The notes under the pieces are model-generated. The model was not told the origin of the DNA and ran no database searches. It was given only the letters and a program-made list of their open reading frames with translations. A DNA stretch of 36,449 nt from Candidatus Krumholzibacteriia bacterium (GTDB taxonomy: Bacteria; Krumholzibacteriota; Krumholzibacteriia; WVZY01). Positions 35,732 through 36,449 of this stretch are shown here, piece by piece (position 1 is the first letter of the stretch; each line of letters opens with the position of its first letter). Location: the NCBI GenBank assembly GCA_046754105.1, contig JBHHVD010000026.1:1-36449 (forward strand), written 5' to 3'. Both the position numbers and the translations under genes were made by a program.

Positions 35732-36449
35732 GTGGAACATCTAAAGACATACGAAATCGGAGTCTCGCCGCCGGACCTGAAAAGGGTCCTCGGCGGCGAG
35801 CTGCCACAGAACCTGCTCGGGCCGCTGCAGGCAATGGCCGCCGGCCTCACCGCGCGTGCCCGCCGCGGGCCGGTATCCCTCTATCTGTGCGCGACGGACG
35901 ACGACCGCGAAACCCGCGATTACTTCGGTGCCGTTCTCGCCAGGACGCTTCAGAACCAGGTACCGGATACGCTGCTGGTCGACTGCGATTTCCTCGCCGC
36001 GGGTCTCAGCGGCCTGGTTCCCCAGCACGACGCGCTGGGTTTCCTCGACATGCTCCTCTACGGGAGTTCGCTGGGCGCGATCAAGCAGGCCTCGCCGGGC
36101 GGCATCAGTGTCATCGGCGCGGGGTCGTTCCCGGTGACCCGCAACAGTCCGTTCGTAATGGACGTTTTCGTCAGCGCCGCGCGCTACCTCGGCAGCCATT
36201 CGAAATGTGTCATCTACTGCGGCCCGGTCCTGGACGACGAGCTGGAGGTGCACCCCATCCTGGCGCACGTCGACCTGCCGGTGCTGCTCCGCGTAGGGGA
36301 GGCGGCGGGTGGTCGGGACGCGGTAGAGGAGAAGGTCGCGCAAGCCGGGCAGGAAACGATGTGGTGCGTACGGCTGGTGGCGGGTGCACGCGGTGCCGAA
36401 CCGGCCCCGCCGGCCGAACCGGCCCCGCCGGCCGAACCGGCCCCGCCGG
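35732..36449 (+). CDS. Protein with degenerate MinD/ParA/BY-kinase-like N-terminal domain (3' truncated; absent from ORF track)
   Basis: GTG 35732 opens a frame with no stop to the window end: MEHLKTYEIG...LARTLQNQVPDTLLVDCDF...GFLDMLLYGSSL...ISVIGAGSFP...KCVIYCGPV...HVDLPVLL...(AEPAPP)n. Confidence 0.75.
   Translation, partial: MEHLKTYEIGVSPPDLKRVLGGELPQNLLGPLQAMAAGLTARARRGPVSLYLCATDDDRETRDYFGAVLARTLQNQVPDTLLVDCDFLAAGLSGLVPQHDALGFLDMLLYGSSLGAIKQASPGGISVIGAGSFPVTRNSPFVMDVFVSAARYLGSHSKCVIYCGPVLDDELEVHPILAHVDLPVLLRVGEAAGGRDAVEEKVAQAGQETMWCVRLVAGARGAEPAPPAEPAPPAEPAPP
36395..36449 (+). repeat. 18-bp tandem repeat encoding AEPAPP, running off the window end
   Basis: GCCGAACCGGCCCCGCCG exact copies at 36395, 36413 and 36431, plus the first base of a fourth. 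Confidence 0.95.

Noticed and set aside
1..36449. UGA read-through selenoproteins, prophage, transposons, defence or toxin-antitoxin systems
   Set aside because: TGA stops coincide with expected protein ends or coupled starts. No integrase, transposase or phage genes were seen, tRNA-Gln has no duplicated att site, and DUF151 sits in a housekeeping context.

Overview
GC-rich (by eye roughly 60-65%), gene-dense core-chromosome segment of a diderm bacterium. An FCB-affiliated lineage such as Latescibacterota/Krumholzibacteriota is a guess from gene order only. Contents in order: dnaX 3' end-ybaB-recR-mglB-mglA; pgpA-cinA-thpR-recA-recX-alaS; a surface-glycan block (SLBB/Wza-like exporter, long-form RmlA, GmhA, two GT4 glycosyltransferases, an SDR epimerase/reductase, a ~930-aa fusion of a WecA/WbpL-type phosphoglycosyl transferase with a catalytically degenerate WbpM/PglF-type dehydratase, and a UbiA-family polyprenyl-phosphate phosphoribosyltransferase); an 83-bp tandem-repeat structured spacer; DUF362-ispE-spoVG-tRNA-Gln-prs-rplY-pth; rpsF-rpsR-rplI (no ssb)-manC-parvulin/TPR lipoprotein-DUF151-LpoA-like lipoprotein; on the minus strand a double-amidase lipoprotein and a TonB-family protein; then selA and an unlisted ORF encoding a degenerate MinD/BY-kinase-like domain that runs off the end in an 18-bp repeat. 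No mobile element, CRISPR array or defence system was seen. The most interesting items are the WbpL-pseudoWbpM fusion, the repeat array with an antisense copy of the downstream RBS motif, the UbiA+DUF362 pair and the pseudo-ATPase after selA. All calls come from reading motifs by eye; no searches were run.
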